A stretch of DNA of 64,000 nucleotides from Eledone cirrhosa (GCA_964016885.1 OZ024740.1:298840001-298904000), one strand, 5' to 3'. Numbered from the stretch's first letter, positions 33,810 to 49,427 are shown. The notes: generated by a model not told the origin, from the letters alone. Numbers and translations are program-made.

Positions 33810-35535
33810 TTAACTCTTTAGCATTTACATTACATTTGACAGAGTTCCACGTGCTGTAATCTGGTGGGCTCTTAGAAAACTAGGAATAGATGAATGGCTT
33901 GTGAAAGCGGTACAAGCCATGTATAGGGGAGCAGTCAACAAAGTTAGGATTAGCAATGAGTATAGCGAGGAATTTAGCATCCATGTTGGTGTCCACCAGG
34001 GCTCTGTTCTTAGCCCTCTCCTGTTCATCATAGTCCTGCAGGCAATAATGGAGGAGTTTAAGACCGGATGCCCATGTACTCCTGTATGCCCCATACTCCT
34101 GTATGCTGATGACCTCGCACTTATAGCTGAATCTATGGTAGAACTAGAGAAGAAATTCCAAACTTGGAAGCAGGGACTAGAAAGAAAGGGTCTCAAAGTC
34201 AACATGACAAAGACTAAGGTCCTTGTAAGTAGATGAGAAAACAGAACCCAGATCCCCTCAGGGAAATGGCCTTGCTCAGTATGTAGGAAAGTTGTAGGTA
34301 GGAACTCCATTCTCTGCCCCAAATGCAAACGATGGGTACACAAGAGATGTAGCGGGATCTCAGGAAGCTTAATTAAGAATGTAGGCTTCACATGCAGCAG
34401 CTGTACTGGGACAGCAAGCAGCAAACAGCCACAGGAAACAAGTACCACCAATCTCTGGAAGGGCTCTGTAGAGACAGTAGACAGCTTCTGCTACCTAGGT
34501 GACCGAATTAGCAGCGGAGGTGGGTGTTCAGAAAGTACAATAACTAGGGTAAGAACGGGATGGAAGAAGTTCAGGGAACTACTGCCAATGCTAGCTGCAA
34601 AAGGCTTTTCCCTCAAAATGAAAGGCAGACTGTATGATGCATGCATCCGAACAGCAATGTTACATGGTAGTGAGACCTGGGTGCTGAAGGTGGAAGACTT
34701 ATGTAGATTAGAGAGAAATGAAGCCTGCATGCTCCGATGGATGTGTAATAGTATTATACGCGACCGACAAAACATAAATGGAGAGAGAGACTGAGCATAA
34801 GAGGAATCAAATGCTGTGTGCAGGAGAGGCGGTTGCATTGGTATGGACATGTGATGCGTATGAAGGATGACAGCTGCATAAAAAGGTGCAGAGCACTAGA
34901 AGTCGATGGAAACCGCAGAGTGGGGAGACCCAAGATGACCTGGGATGAGGTGATAAAAGCCGACCTTACCCAATTACACCTCTCCAAGGCGATGACACAC
35001 GACCGTGACCACTGGCATCACGCAGTAATACACAGTACCCGCCCTCCCATGGGTACAAGCTGCAAGGTGGTCGTGGAGGTGCCACGGCAAAAAAGCACCC
35101 AGCCCACACTGTAAAGTGGACGTGTAGGTGCCACGAAAAAGCACCCAGCACTCACTGTAAATGAGGTTGGTATTAGGAATGGCATCCAGCTGTAAAAATC
35201 AAGCCAAATCAGTTCCTGTATGAGCAAGACATGGTCAGCCGACCAGACACTGCCCACAACAGGACAACACGTCTAACCCATGCTAGCGTGGAAGAACTGA
35301 CGTAAAACGGTGATGATGATGATGATGATTACTCTATATATACTATTGTATTTTTGTGGTAAAGGCTTATCTTACATAATTATCTCGCATAATATCAAAT
35401 CTATGAGATTTTTATGTTATTTATTTTGAGAACAATACCTTAACATCAGTATGAGCAGCTGTTATGACCAGTTTGAACAGAAAGAGTTCAGAGAATTCTG
35501 GCCGGATATGGCCGGTTTAAATACTAAAGGGTTAA
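33810..35535 (+). mobile_element. Family 1 TTAA MITE split by the RTE insertion (33810-33833 and 35328-35535)
   Basis: Joining the two flanks rebuilds the 6026-6253 sequence. Confidence 0.85.
33834..35329 (+). mobile_element. RTE-clade LINE, subfamily B, 5'-truncated and disabled, inserted into a MITE
   Basis: Starts FDRVPRAVIWWALRK; has YADD, the PHD, an in-frame stop at about 34234, a frameshift near 34780 and a (GAT)n tail. Confidence 0.95.
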
Positions 35536-35548
35536 AGGAGACTTATTA

Positions 35549-37170
35549 CACAGATCTACAATGAAATTGCTTCAGAGACCAAACCAGTAGATCTTTACTA
35601 ATTTGGGGGTGCTGAATTAGAAAATGCTTCTGATTTCTTAAAGTTTACATCTTGTTTTTGAGATTTAGATAAAAAAACAGCATTTCAGGAAAGTAAGAGG
35701 AAGGGGGTCAGGAGACATGACCAAAAGCATTCTCACGGATTGTAAGCCTCTGTCAGTAGTGTAGGATAAAAAATTGAAGAAATATGGTAAAATACTTTCT
35801 TACTAACGATAGTTAATATTTGTTTTTCACGGAACGTGATGATCAAAGGCAACTGTATGAATGTGTAACCAAAACTCCTCTTTGTCAAGTAATTTCACTA
35901 TGTGTGGTATGATACAATCGTTGTCTATGTTGCATCACCTCAGGGTTTCCAACAGTTTTAAAGTAGCAGGCTGCAATAATGTTTTCATATTGTGTCTTCC
36001 TAATCATTTACTTTACATGAATCAAATCTTCAAGTGTTTCAGAGCTATTCACAATTTTGTGGGAGAAGTTTTACTAATACAACCTGAGTCTGGACAATCT
36101 TTGTTTCATTTGTGGCAAAATAACCTTTACATCACAAAAGAGAACATTGACAAATATTGTTAGAAGAGCCTATCATCTTTTCATTGGATGCAAAGTTGGA
36201 GACCAAGACAAGAGTTTCACTCCATATATGTGCTACAATACTTGTGCAACAAACATTCATCAATGGTTGCAAAGTAAAAGAAAATCTATACCTTTTGCCA
36301 CTGATTTGGAGTGAACCAATTAATCATATAAATGATTATTACTTCTGTATTGACATCCAACTTGGATAGGATGTAAAGGGAAACAGAAAGGAAATGTTGA
36401 TTATCCTGATATCCCTTATACCAGACATCCAATACCACACAGCAAAGAGCTACCTATACATGTGCTTCCAGAAATAATTCCTGAATTGAATGATGATGAA
36501 GAGGTGGACTTTAATGTACAGTTTGAAGTTTCGACATCAAATGATCCAGACTTTGCTTCAAAGTCTCCAACAAAATATCACATATGAGACAAAGTGAACT
36601 AAATAATTTCATTAGACATTTAAAATTACCAAAACATAAAGTGGAATTGTTGGGCTCAATGTTATAGCAATGGCATTTACTTGCTAATGATGTCAGAGTA
36701 TGCTTATTTCGAAAATACTTAAAATATTTTTGGCCACTTTTTACAAATAAGGAAGCTGTGTAAAATCTATTGTTTTCCTATCAGCAACTGAAAATCCACT
36801 TCATTCACACTTGGATTTATTCCTATCAAATTGTGGTGCTGTGTGTAAGGAACATAGAAAACATTTTCACCAAGATATTGCAACCAGGGAAAAAAAACAA
36901 TATCAGGGATAAATCAAGTCAAAATATGTTAACAGATTACTGTTAGTTAGTTACAAGAGATGCACCAGAACTTGAAAACAAGAGGCAGGCTAAGAAAAAC
37001 TATGTAATCAACATGAAGTGAGTGTCATTTTTGTGCCCATTGTCACTTATTTGTAGATCATAAGATCTCAAATATCTAAAAAAAATTAAACATAAACCCT
37101 CAATCATTTTGTCATCTTCAAGTTCAGCTTCCAAACGTGCTCAAAAGAAAGTAGAATTTTTTTTATTATA
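35549..37170 (+). mobile_element. Decayed, internally deleted Chapaev3-like (CMC) DNA transposon
   Basis: Begins cacag. Frameshifted remnants CFICGKITFTSQKRTLTNIVRRAYH, GCKVGDQDKS, IWSEPINHINDYYFC, DYPDIP, ELNNFIRHLKLPKHKVELLGS, KIHFIHTWI and FHQDIAT match the pattern GDQDK / WREP..H..DCYFC / ELNDL.RDL / HFLHSHLDFFP / FHQDI. Confidence 0.75.
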
Positions 37171-37364
37171 ATAACATTAATATAAATAACAATAGTACAT
37201 AATGTATTTCATTCAGTTCTTCATATTTTTGTGAAATTGATGCCTGATGTTGTTTTGGTGAGCAGACATATGACCAATAGTGTTGTAATTTTGTTCATCC
37301 CATACTTTTCTCCCTTTTTAGATAAATATCTGGGACTACATTATCAAGATAGTCTCTTTTTCTT

Positions 37365-37585
37365 TTAACTCTTTCATTATCATATTTCCAATGATTTGTG
37401 AATAATTTGGAAGGACTTATTAAAAGTATTGATTATGTCATTGAGATTGTATTTGTAACATAACTTAACAAAAGGTAAAAATATATATTGGGGGATTTTC
37501 ATTTAAATAGAAACCCTTTAAAATGGGTGGTTTTGTTTCCAATAACCAAAGGCAATATTTGGCAGGTTGGTAGTAAAAGGGTTAA
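37365..37585 (+). mobile_element. TTAA-flanked MITE, family 2
   Basis: ttaactctttcattatc...ggtagtaaaagggttaa; shares cataacttaacaaaa with 51260-51479. Confidence 0.6.
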
Positions 37586-38280
37586 GATAGATTTGTGGAA
37601 TACAAGGGAGTGGGGGTTAGGTGCTATTTCTTGCAAGTCCAACAACTCTAAAAGGTTTTGCTCATTTGCTGGAATAGATAGCAGTAATATATAATTGTGT
37701 AAATTTTATGAAAGGTTACTCTTTGTCTACAAAAATAGGGCTTGAGCTTATTCGAAAAGAAATCATTTATATACTTGTTTATTACCTTAAAACTCTCCTT
37801 TCAATGCTGATTTATCTAGCTGGGTACAAGTCTCATAGCAGCAAGATAAATAGATATTATCACTTGAAAAATTCACAGTTTTTACTGCTCTATATATGTC
37901 TGAGCTTTGACCTTGGTCACTCAATCATCTGTTGTGAACTTACTGAAACCAATGGACTATGTATTGGTCTCTGCAAAGTTCCTACTTACTGTGCAAAACT
38001 AAACACCATCACACAACTACACACTGGAGCTTATTGTCCATAGTCTTTGGTTTGATCTCATTCCAAGTAGATTCAGCTTTGATTTCTTTCTTTTTCTTTC
38101 TTTTTTCCTTTTGATTCCATCTAATTAATCTTTTCCTTTTATCACTATAAATTGTGGGGGTCATCTTTAACCATTTGTCTTCTAGAGCTCTCTCTCTCAT
38201 TTTTCTTTCTACTTCTCCCTCTCTTTCTCTCTCCACCTCTCAACTTCCCCTTTTCTCCTTACCTCACATACATACATATG

Positions 38281-38317
<37 letters not shown>

Positions 38318-38367
38318 ATATGATATATGTCTATCTACCATTTCTCTCTAGTTTTTCTCCCCCTCTC

Positions 38368-38467
<100 letters not shown>

Positions 38468-39204
38468 CTTCTCCTCCCCTACCTTACTCCTTTTCTCTTT
38501 GAAATGTAAACAAAAGAGCTTTTATCTCAAAGAATAAATGATGAACTTTAGTTTCTACCAACCTCTCCATCTTTTGAAATCAGCTGACTTCAATTACAAG
38601 AACTTCCACACATTATGTTTAGTTTCCTTCCTCCACCTCTGCCCACCTCTGCCTTATTGTCTGAGAACTAGTTTCAAGATGAAAGATAAAGTCAATAGTT
38701 TGTAACCATCTTTACCTTATAGGGTCTGACCTTTCATTAGCAGTAATCAATGACTTAGATTACCTTCTCTTTAGAAGCATTGCAACTTTTTTCACTTGTT
38801 TTGTCTTTGTATTTTTTCTTGCATTTATCTCAGCTTTCTTGTTGGTCTGGGTTGATTGGTTTTAAAATTGTAACTTTTGCATATGGAACATTTTGAATTT
38901 TTATCTTTTTATATGAAGTGGTCAGTGGCACCTACTTTTTATTTAGGTTAACTGTGACAAAGCCAAAGTATATATATTAACATACCTTTTCTTAAGGATG
39001 AAGTGGAACATAAGACTACAGGTATAACTAGGTTTGATCTTGAAGTTTTGTGATTAGTAGGCTACCATATTAGCACCACTACGGTTACTGTGCTTCTCTC
39101 CTTGTTTTGAAACATTGGAAATATTGGAAGTATGTTTGGAACACAGCAAACGAAGTTTAGAATTGAAATAGAAATAGTAGCTATGCTGTAATATTTTTTA
39201 CTAT

Positions 39205-39384
39205 AATTGTTTCTACTTTTGGCCAGCAATTACACAGTGTATTACTGGTACTTTATTTTATTGACCCCGTAAGGATGAAAGGCAAAGTTAACCTCGGTGG
39301 GATTTGAACTCAGAATGGCAAGGGCTGTAACTCTTTGCTGCAAAGCATGGCATCCGACCCTCTACCAATACTGCCAATCCACCT
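39205..39384 (-). mobile_element. Nin/Deu-like SINE, short subfamily
   Basis: Matches the consensus. Confidence 0.85.
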
Positions 39385-39923
39385 TTTGACTATAATATAG
39401 TCTAATATTGGGTTGTATAAACCTACTGAAGTCATCTTTTTTCATTCAGTGGGTTTATACACCACATTATTAGATTATATTATAGTAAAATATATTATGG
39501 CGTAGCTTCTATTTCTATTGGAAATATTGTTTACTGCTTTGCAGTATCTGTTCCAGCTCTGTGCACCTGTCACTAGAAAAACAGTGATACTACTGCCAGG
39601 ACATTTGACCAGCAGGTAGAATTAGCAATGGAAAGACCAATGGAAACATACATTCCTTGCACCAATCTGATAATTATTATTTATAATCCTTATGAGGTCG
39701 ATAAAATAGTACTGGCCTTGTACCAAAAGTAGAAACATTTATACTTAAGGCCAATAAAATAAGATTTGTGCTGTTATTTCTAGCATATTGAATCACCAAG
39801 TAGAGGCTTCTTTATTGGCTCATTAATAATATTGTATTCAAGTGCATTGCTAACCACATCTGTTCCTTATTTCACCAACAAATATTTGAGGCATTATACA
39901 TATATAAGAAATGTATTATTATT

Positions 39924-40115
39924 AGGTGGATTGGCAGTATCAGTAGAGGGTCGGACACCATGCCTTGACGCATAGAGTTACAGCTCTTGCCATTCTGAGT
40001 TCAAATCCCGCTGATGTTAACTTTGCCTTTCATCCTTACGGGGTGGATAAAATAAAGTACCAGTAATGCACTGGGATAACTGCTGGCCTTGTGCCAAAAG
40101 TAGTAACAATTATTA
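39924..40115 (+). mobile_element. Nin/Deu-like SINE, short subfamily
   Basis: Matches the consensus, with an (att)n tail. Confidence 0.85.
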
Positions 40116-40319
40116 TTATTATTTATCTTGCTTTATGTTCATATGAGTTATCACCAAGTCACAACCAGTGACCTCAAGAGATAACATGGTCTACCATGTT
40201 CAAGAAAAAGACACACACATGCATCTTAAGGGGTTTACACATGTGATATACTTATATCGACAGAATTTTCCTTAGTATGTGGGCAGTTTCCATTATTATT
40301 ATTATTATTATTATTATTA

Positions 40320-40533
40320 AAGGCAGTATTGGTAGAGTGCCAGGCACCATGTTTTGTAGCATAGAGTTATGGCCCTTTGCTGAGTTCAAATTCCTCTGAG
40401 GTTAACTTTGCCTTTCATCCTTACGGGGTGGATAAAATAAAGTACCAGTAAGCACTAGGGTCAATTTAATCGACTTACCCCTCCCCTTCACATTGCTGGC
40501 CTTGTGCCTAAATCACAAACAATTATTATTATT
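40320..40533 (+). mobile_element. Nin/Deu-like SINE, long subfamily
   Basis: Matches the consensus; lies next to an (att)n tract. Confidence 0.85.
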
Positions 40534-40800
40534 AAGTTGATAGAAGGATCAATAAAATAAATACCAGTCTAGCACTAGGGTTAATAAAAATTGACTGTTT
40601 CCAAAGATTTCTGGCTGAAATCAGAACCACTCAAGTATTGGAGGCCAATAAAATCAACTGTTCTCTTCCTCTGTAATTTGTGAAAGAAATTGTTACTGTT
40701 ATTACGTTATTGTTATAAGTTATTATATTGTTCTCCTGTGGGTAGATATTAACCATCAAACTGTACATCACCACTTAATTTATTGTTCCACAATTTTATT

Positions 40801-40836
<36 letters not shown>

Positions 40837-41030
40837 CCTCTTTATCTCTTTCTCCCCTCTCTCCTTCTTTCTTACCTCTATCTCTATCTTTTTCTCCCTG
40901 TTCTTATCAAGTATGTGTTTATCTCTCTGAACATATATTTGCATTCACCATCATCACCATCATCATCACCATCACCATCACCACCATCATCATCATCATC
41001 ATCACTATCACTATCACCATCATCATCATC

Positions 41031-41044
<14 letters not shown>

Positions 41045-41062
<18 letters not shown>

Positions 41063-41600
41063 CATCATGCGTTCATGTCCATGCTTTCATGCGTTGTACT
41101 GGGTTTTTTCCAGTACAGCCTCTTCCACTCATAGTGTACCTTTGTCATATCCTCTGCAAGGTTCTGTGGTTTGAGATCAGCTGTAACCATTTCTGCCTAG
41201 ATTTTTGTCACTCTTCCTCTACAACTGCTTCCTTTCGTTGATGTCTCCTGGTTCTTCTTCACCCGGTTTTCATCATCTATATGCATCACATGCCCATACA
41301 AAGGTAGTATTCTTTCTTGTGCACTGCATCTGATTCCTCTTATACCCAGTTTTTCTCTCAGTTCATCCATACTGTATCATTCATGCACAGAGCATTCATC
41401 CTACAGAGCATGCTCACTCCATTTACACTCCAGACTGTAAATATCCTCTGTATGTGATGCCTCTATCTCACTGCCATGCAACATCACACTTTTGCTGTCA
41501 TCATACCATCTACAGTTTGCTCACAAAGGGAATCCTCTTATTGTCAACTGAGTTAGTAACTCTCTCAACTTTTACCAGCCTGTTCTTATTCTAGCTACTA
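41045..41600 (-). mobile_element. Decayed RTE LINE 3' fragment with an expanded (CAT)n tail region
   Basis: Reverse complement shows ARIRTGW, LHGSE, ELREKLGIRGIRCSAQER and YGHVMH remnants. Confidence 0.75.
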
Positions 41601-42202
41601 TACAAACACAATGCAATTTAGCTAAAATCTTATATATTAAACCAATGTACTTTATCATTTTAACCACATGGATTGATTGTGAAGTTAAGGTGCTAGACTA
41701 CTGTCCACTTGGTCATCATTCTTGATCTATGTATAACAGTTGTGTTGGTTACTTGAGCAAAGCATATATCTTTGATGAATCTAATATTCCACACTGACAA
41801 TAAATAGGTTCCACTATTTCTACTTCACAGTTAAGAGGTTAGATGAAGGAAGCCTCCCTAGCTGCAGTAATAATAAGGTGGTTGATGATAGCTTTTAACG
41901 TATGCATTAGACCAGAAATTTGCAGGACGGGATTAGTTGATTAAATTGAGCTTAGCATATGATTGGTAATTCATTTTATCAACCCTGAAAGGATGAAAGG
42001 CAAAAATTGTCCTTGAGGGATTTGAACTCAGAACATTAAAGGCTGTAATTAAATACTGCAAGGCATTTTATATGATTCTTGATAATAATGATAATAAAAT
42101 AAAAAAAAACACTGCTTGTATCTGAGGCACACAGCTGCACTCAACTGTCCAGTGAAAGGATGGAATAAATATAAGACTACTGAGATGATGATGATAATGA
42201 TA

Positions 42203-42412
42203 ATAATGGTTTCTGATTTAGGTACAAGGCCAGCATTTTAGGAGAGGGAAAAGTCGATGAAATCAACCTCAGTGCATTACCGGTGCTTTATTTTATCAAA
42301 CCCCATAAGGATGAAAGGCAAAGCCAACCTAGCGGGATTTGAATTAAGAACGTAAAAAGCCATAAACTCTATGCTGCAAAACATGTTGTCTACTGATACT
42401 GCCAACCCACCA
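42203..42412 (-). mobile_element. Nin/Deu-like SINE, long subfamily
   Basis: Matches the consensus. Confidence 0.85.
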
Positions 42413-44149
42413 CCCTATAATAATAATAATAATAATAACAACAATAACAATAAATCTGTTCGTTTTCCCTAAATCCACTTAAAATTATATCAAACATTGA
42501 TGTAAAAGACTAAAAAGAATGATTGCTTTGGCAAATATTCTTATAGTTAGACATAATTTCTAATGCTAACAATTGAAAGTGTGACATGAGGCTTTGTGAT
42601 ATTTACTTTACACTATACACTTTGGTGTCCTACTGAAGTTGAATTATATGCCTTCCATGTAAGGTGACAATAAAACAATAGTAGCAGGATTTGATGCTGT
42701 TCCATAAGGAAAATAAATAAATAAATATATATATATATATAAATAAATATAGTCCACATAAAATTTAAAGTGGAAGAGCACACAAACAAAAGAGCATATA
42801 TTATATATGAACACAGCCATCTTGAATAAATTACTGTACCTTTTAATATGCATGAAAAGTAAGCGAGGAAATATTATTCTAGATCTGTTTTGTTTTTTTT
42901 TAAGCTTGTCTACTAGTTATAAACATATTAAAGACAAGGTCATTGGTTACTGTGATAGAAGGAAGTATATAATGATGTAGGGTGGATGAAGATATGACAG
43001 AACTATTGTGAAAGTGGAGGTAGGGACGGAATTTGAAAGAAACAGCTATGGTTAAATATGAAAATTAGGGAGAGTGAATCACAAGAAGGAAAATAAAGAA
43101 ATAAAAGAAAAAAGTGCTTTTATTAGGAGCTGTCTGTAATGCTGCAAATGCTTTAAAGACAGATTGAATTTGACCCTCATAAAAACATAGGTTAAATTTT
43201 ACTCTCATATCACGCTTTGTCATAAAGTCTGCCATTATTGGAAAACATAAACTCATTAATCTATTGTGTTGTTTTCAAACATGAAATTGTGAAATTTGCA
43301 GAAGTTAATGTAACACTGTTGCTGAGTGGGAGTTTTTTTGTATCAGAAAGTTGTGAGATTGGAGCAAAGAGAAAGAAGCTTTACTAGATGTGTCTAAAAA
43401 GAAACAACAAAAAACAAAACCAAAAAATGACACAAAAGCTAACAAAAAAAAAAGAAAAAATGATATTGAGGGATGCAGAAACAGAAATAATTATTAAACT
43501 AACTTACTGGCCAGAGGACTAGTGGTTACATTGTAAAACTTCTAGAAATATGACTGGTGACTTCCAAAGTTTCTATGGGTTGTGGTGAAAAATGGGGTAT
43601 AGTCTGAGAGAAAAGCAAGATATCCCTCAAACAACCACATTCCTTAGCTAATAAGATTAATTCATTTCACATCTTCATTTTAAAGCACTGAAAGCAGCAT
43701 GATTATCAACTTGACAGATTGGAAATGTGAATGAAGCACCAGCCTTATTCTAGTTATTATACAAGCTCGATACAAATTAGCTAAAATCTTATATATTCAG
43801 TCAATGTACTTCATCCTTTTAACCATATGGTCAAGTTAAACTAAGATGGTAAACACATCTTTGGGATTAAAGAAATGGACTAGGTGGACTATTATAAATA
43901 AGCAACGTGTCTCATTGTTAGCAGTTCGGTTGGAGTCTCATGTTTTGTAGTTGGAAGTTACCCTAAGATAAAATTATTAGTACTCTTGCATCGTAGAAAA
44001 TATAACTAGTCCAAGGAGTTATAAAAGATACCAAGTAGATTCACATCTTTGCTACAACTCTTGGATGTAGTGCTCAATAAGCCGTTGTAGCATAGATAAT
44101 GTTAAATGAAGATGACCTGGATATCTTCAGACCAGAAAGAACTGAGCAA

Positions 44150-44600
44150 GGCTTGCAAGCTCATGAGTAACAACTTGTCACTTGTAACATAATGGGTAAA
44201 GAATGTGTGGGATGATATTCCAACTGGGATGGTGATGAAGAGTTTCCTGAAAATAGGCTATTGATGAGACATGTAACTAGAGCAAAGCACCAGCCAGACA
44301 TTGGGGAACCTAGTGGTGGAACAGCACTGTGAATAGAGCTGTTAAAGCCAAGACACAGGCATAGAAAGAATGAAAAGATGGGCACAAAAAGTTTAATGCC
44401 AGGTAGCTAAAAGAGAAAAGGGATGACAAGTAGACTTATTACACAAAGAAACTGAAGGCAGGAAGTTTACCAATGTCTTGCAATGTGAAGATCAAAGACA
44501 AGGAGGTGTTACGTATTGCTAAGCAGTGTATCAGCGAAAACCATTTGTCAGCTGAAGACCAAGTTGACCAAGAAAGTACCTACATTATGGAAGGTAGAGA
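44150..44600 (+). mobile_element. Very old RTE linker-region relic
   Basis: Remnants tagtggtggaacagc (WWN) and EDQRQGGVxRIAKQCISEN resemble DDQKREVFRIARQCVKEN in the intact copy. Confidence 0.55.
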
Positions 44601-45164
44601 AAAAGTTGATATATGGGTAGGGGGACCTTTCTGACATCAGTGATAATGAAGAATCTGATTTTGATTGCACATGAATGGATTTTAAGTTGTAATTCTTTTA
44701 AGTTGTAATTACTAATCTTTTGTTATTAATTGCTAATTTCATAATTGTACTTAACATTAATTGTGTAATGATGGCTTTCTTATATTTAATTTGCTTTAAT
44801 GATATCTTTGATATTATAATATACTTCACAGTCATATAATACGTATCTAGTGACTATTCCATAATCATGCCCATAATTTACTTTGTTAATAAATGTGTTC
44901 TACATGACAATTCATTTAATTGTCTAGCACCACTAATAGCAGTAGACATATCACATAATTTGAAAACTTCCCTGGCCTTTGTAGTCTCATCTTGCTTGGA
45001 GATTTCCATTATAAAACTTTTGTAACTACTTTTCCATGTAAATCATCGAGTGTGACTATACACTAGTAAATACAGTATGTTTGTGTGTATGACAATGTGC
45101 ATGTCTGTGTTTGTATATATATGTATGGCACTTTATTTTCTTACTAAAAATTACAATGGAAACA

Positions 45165-47275
<2,111 letters not shown>

Positions 47276-47449
47276 TTCTTTTACTGACTTTACTGATTTG
47301 ACTGTACCCATGTTGGAACATCCCTTGAAGAGATTTAGTTGATTATATAATCAGTCATACTTATTCTATTGATCTTTTTTAGTTGGACCACTAAGTTGTG
47401 GGATATAAACACAGGTACACACACACACACACACACTAACGCGCACACA

Positions 47450-47851
47450 TACTCTCAGGACCCAAACAATAGGGGTGGGGGTTGGAATAAGTGAGGGTGG
47501 TGGTGGTATAAAATCAGTAATTTTACTAGGTTGTCTCCAATGATTTTTTTTGAAAACCAGAATTATTTGTTTAGTTTACATATTGAGACCCCCCCCCTCC
47601 CCCCCTCTCCCAGCCCATCCTATTTATTTTATAACATATGAGATTTCTTGTAATGTTCCTATTTTGTCATCTGTAATGTTTTTTAATGTCTAAAGAAAAT
47701 TAGTTGTTGCAGGAACGTTACCACTTAAAATGAAATTAAGATAGATTAGCAAAATTTATTAAGCCAGGGTGGGGGTGGTGGAATTAGTGCAGGGGGTGTT
47801 GGAAAAAATTAAAATAAAGTTAGGGTGACAATTATTTGAGACCCAAAAGTA
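47450..47851 (+). mobile_element. TA-flanked MITE with imperfect TIRs
   Basis: tactctcaggacccaaacaat...attatttgagacccaaaagta. Confidence 0.6.
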
Positions 47852-47865
47852 AATAAATATATATA

Positions 47866-47970
47866 TGAGCAAGGCATGGTCAGCCGACCGGCTACTGCCC
47901 ACAACATGACAACCCGTCTAACCCATGCTAGCATGGAAGAACAGACGTAAAACGGTGATGATGATGATGA
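47866..47970 (+). mobile_element. RTE subfamily B tail (about 100 nt)
   Basis: Matches 45964-46076; preceded by (TA)n. Confidence 0.88.
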
Positions 47971-48519
47971 GCGTCTGCTGTTTCCATCTAAGAAATTCCA
48001 CTCACAAGGTGGTCAGCAAAAGGCTTTAGTAGAAGGCATATGCCCAATATGACAAGCAGTGGGAGGGAACCAGAAAGTGCATGGTTGCATAGTAAACTCC
48101 TTAATCACACGAACATATAACCACAAACCACATCACTGGGTGTCTATCTTGCAGCACAGTAACTTCAAATAAAAACTTATACAAAATAGAGGTAACTCTT
48201 TTGTTCATCTGTAAACAATCTTGCTAGCATTGTTGGCATGAGATAAATGCTCCTAGTACATGCTATGAAGTGGTTAGTAATAAAGAGGGCATGCATCCAT
48301 AGAAACCTTAGATACAAGTTAGGCTTGGACTCTGCAAGCTACATCACAGGATTTCTGTTTAGAAGTGTATTGGATAAACAAAAGAAGAAAACCTACTTAG
48401 TCAAGCAACAGGTAACTATCCTAGAACCAGTGGCACAATAAAATACTCACAATCTTCACTGTAAGACATGCACAACAACAAATTGATTGGTTTTCTCTGT
48501 TACTATGTTTGCCACAAAA

Positions 48520-48738
48520 TAATGATTTCTAGTATAAGCACAAGGCCAGTAATCTTTGGGGAAGGGGAAATCGATTGAATTGACCCCAATGTGTGACTGG
48601 TACTTTATTTTATCAACCCTGTAAGGATGAAAGGCAAAGTTAACCATGGCGGGATCTGAACTCAGAACATAAAGGGCCACAACTCTACGCTTCAAAGCAT
48701 GGTGTCCGACTCTCTACCGATAATGCCAATCCACCGCC
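48520..48738 (-). mobile_element. Nin/Deu-like SINE, long subfamily, full length
   Basis: Matches the consensus from ggcggtggattggca. Confidence 0.88.
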
Positions 48739-49369
48739 ACAAGATAATGCAGACCATGTTAAGCAACTCGATGCTGTGGGATCAGTCTATCTATACCAGC
48801 ATGGAAAGATGGCTGTATAATGATGATGTTGATACATCATCATTATCTATCAACTACAACTTGCACTTGTGTTGAGTAAGATGGTATATGCACCATATAT
48901 ATCATTCAGTCGTCAGTGACTTAAGTTCATCATCCGTTAAAGCAGCACTATCCTACAGCTGGGTCTTGACTATGGTTTTGAAAGAACACCCACGGTTCAT
49001 CTTCCCATGAGTTGATGACTTGCAGTGGAAGGAAGCCGAGAAACACCTGGGCAGCGGGCGACATTTTATAGAGGTCAATTTATTGCTAAAATGAAGAATG
49101 AATTGAACCAGCTAATAGCTGGTTTTAATCTAATGATGAGAGGGAGAGAGTGGGGGGGTGAGAGACAGTAAGAGTGAGAGAGAAATAGTAGGAAATGTAG
49201 TGTCTTTTTGGACCATCTAAATTATTTCTGCATGGAAAAAAAACCATCACATTCATCATCATCATCATTATTTGAAAAGCCATATATAATTTCATGGAAA
49301 TTTTGGAAAGATAAAATTGATTGCTAAATTTAAGCACAAAGCTTTAGGCAACTCAAGATATGATAAAGA

Positions 49370-49427
<58 letters not shown>

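Noticed and set aside
48900-49070. GC-richer island with C/D-box-like words on the minus strand
   Set aside because: Box spacing is too short and there is no terminal stem or guide; probably an unrecognised repeat fragment.
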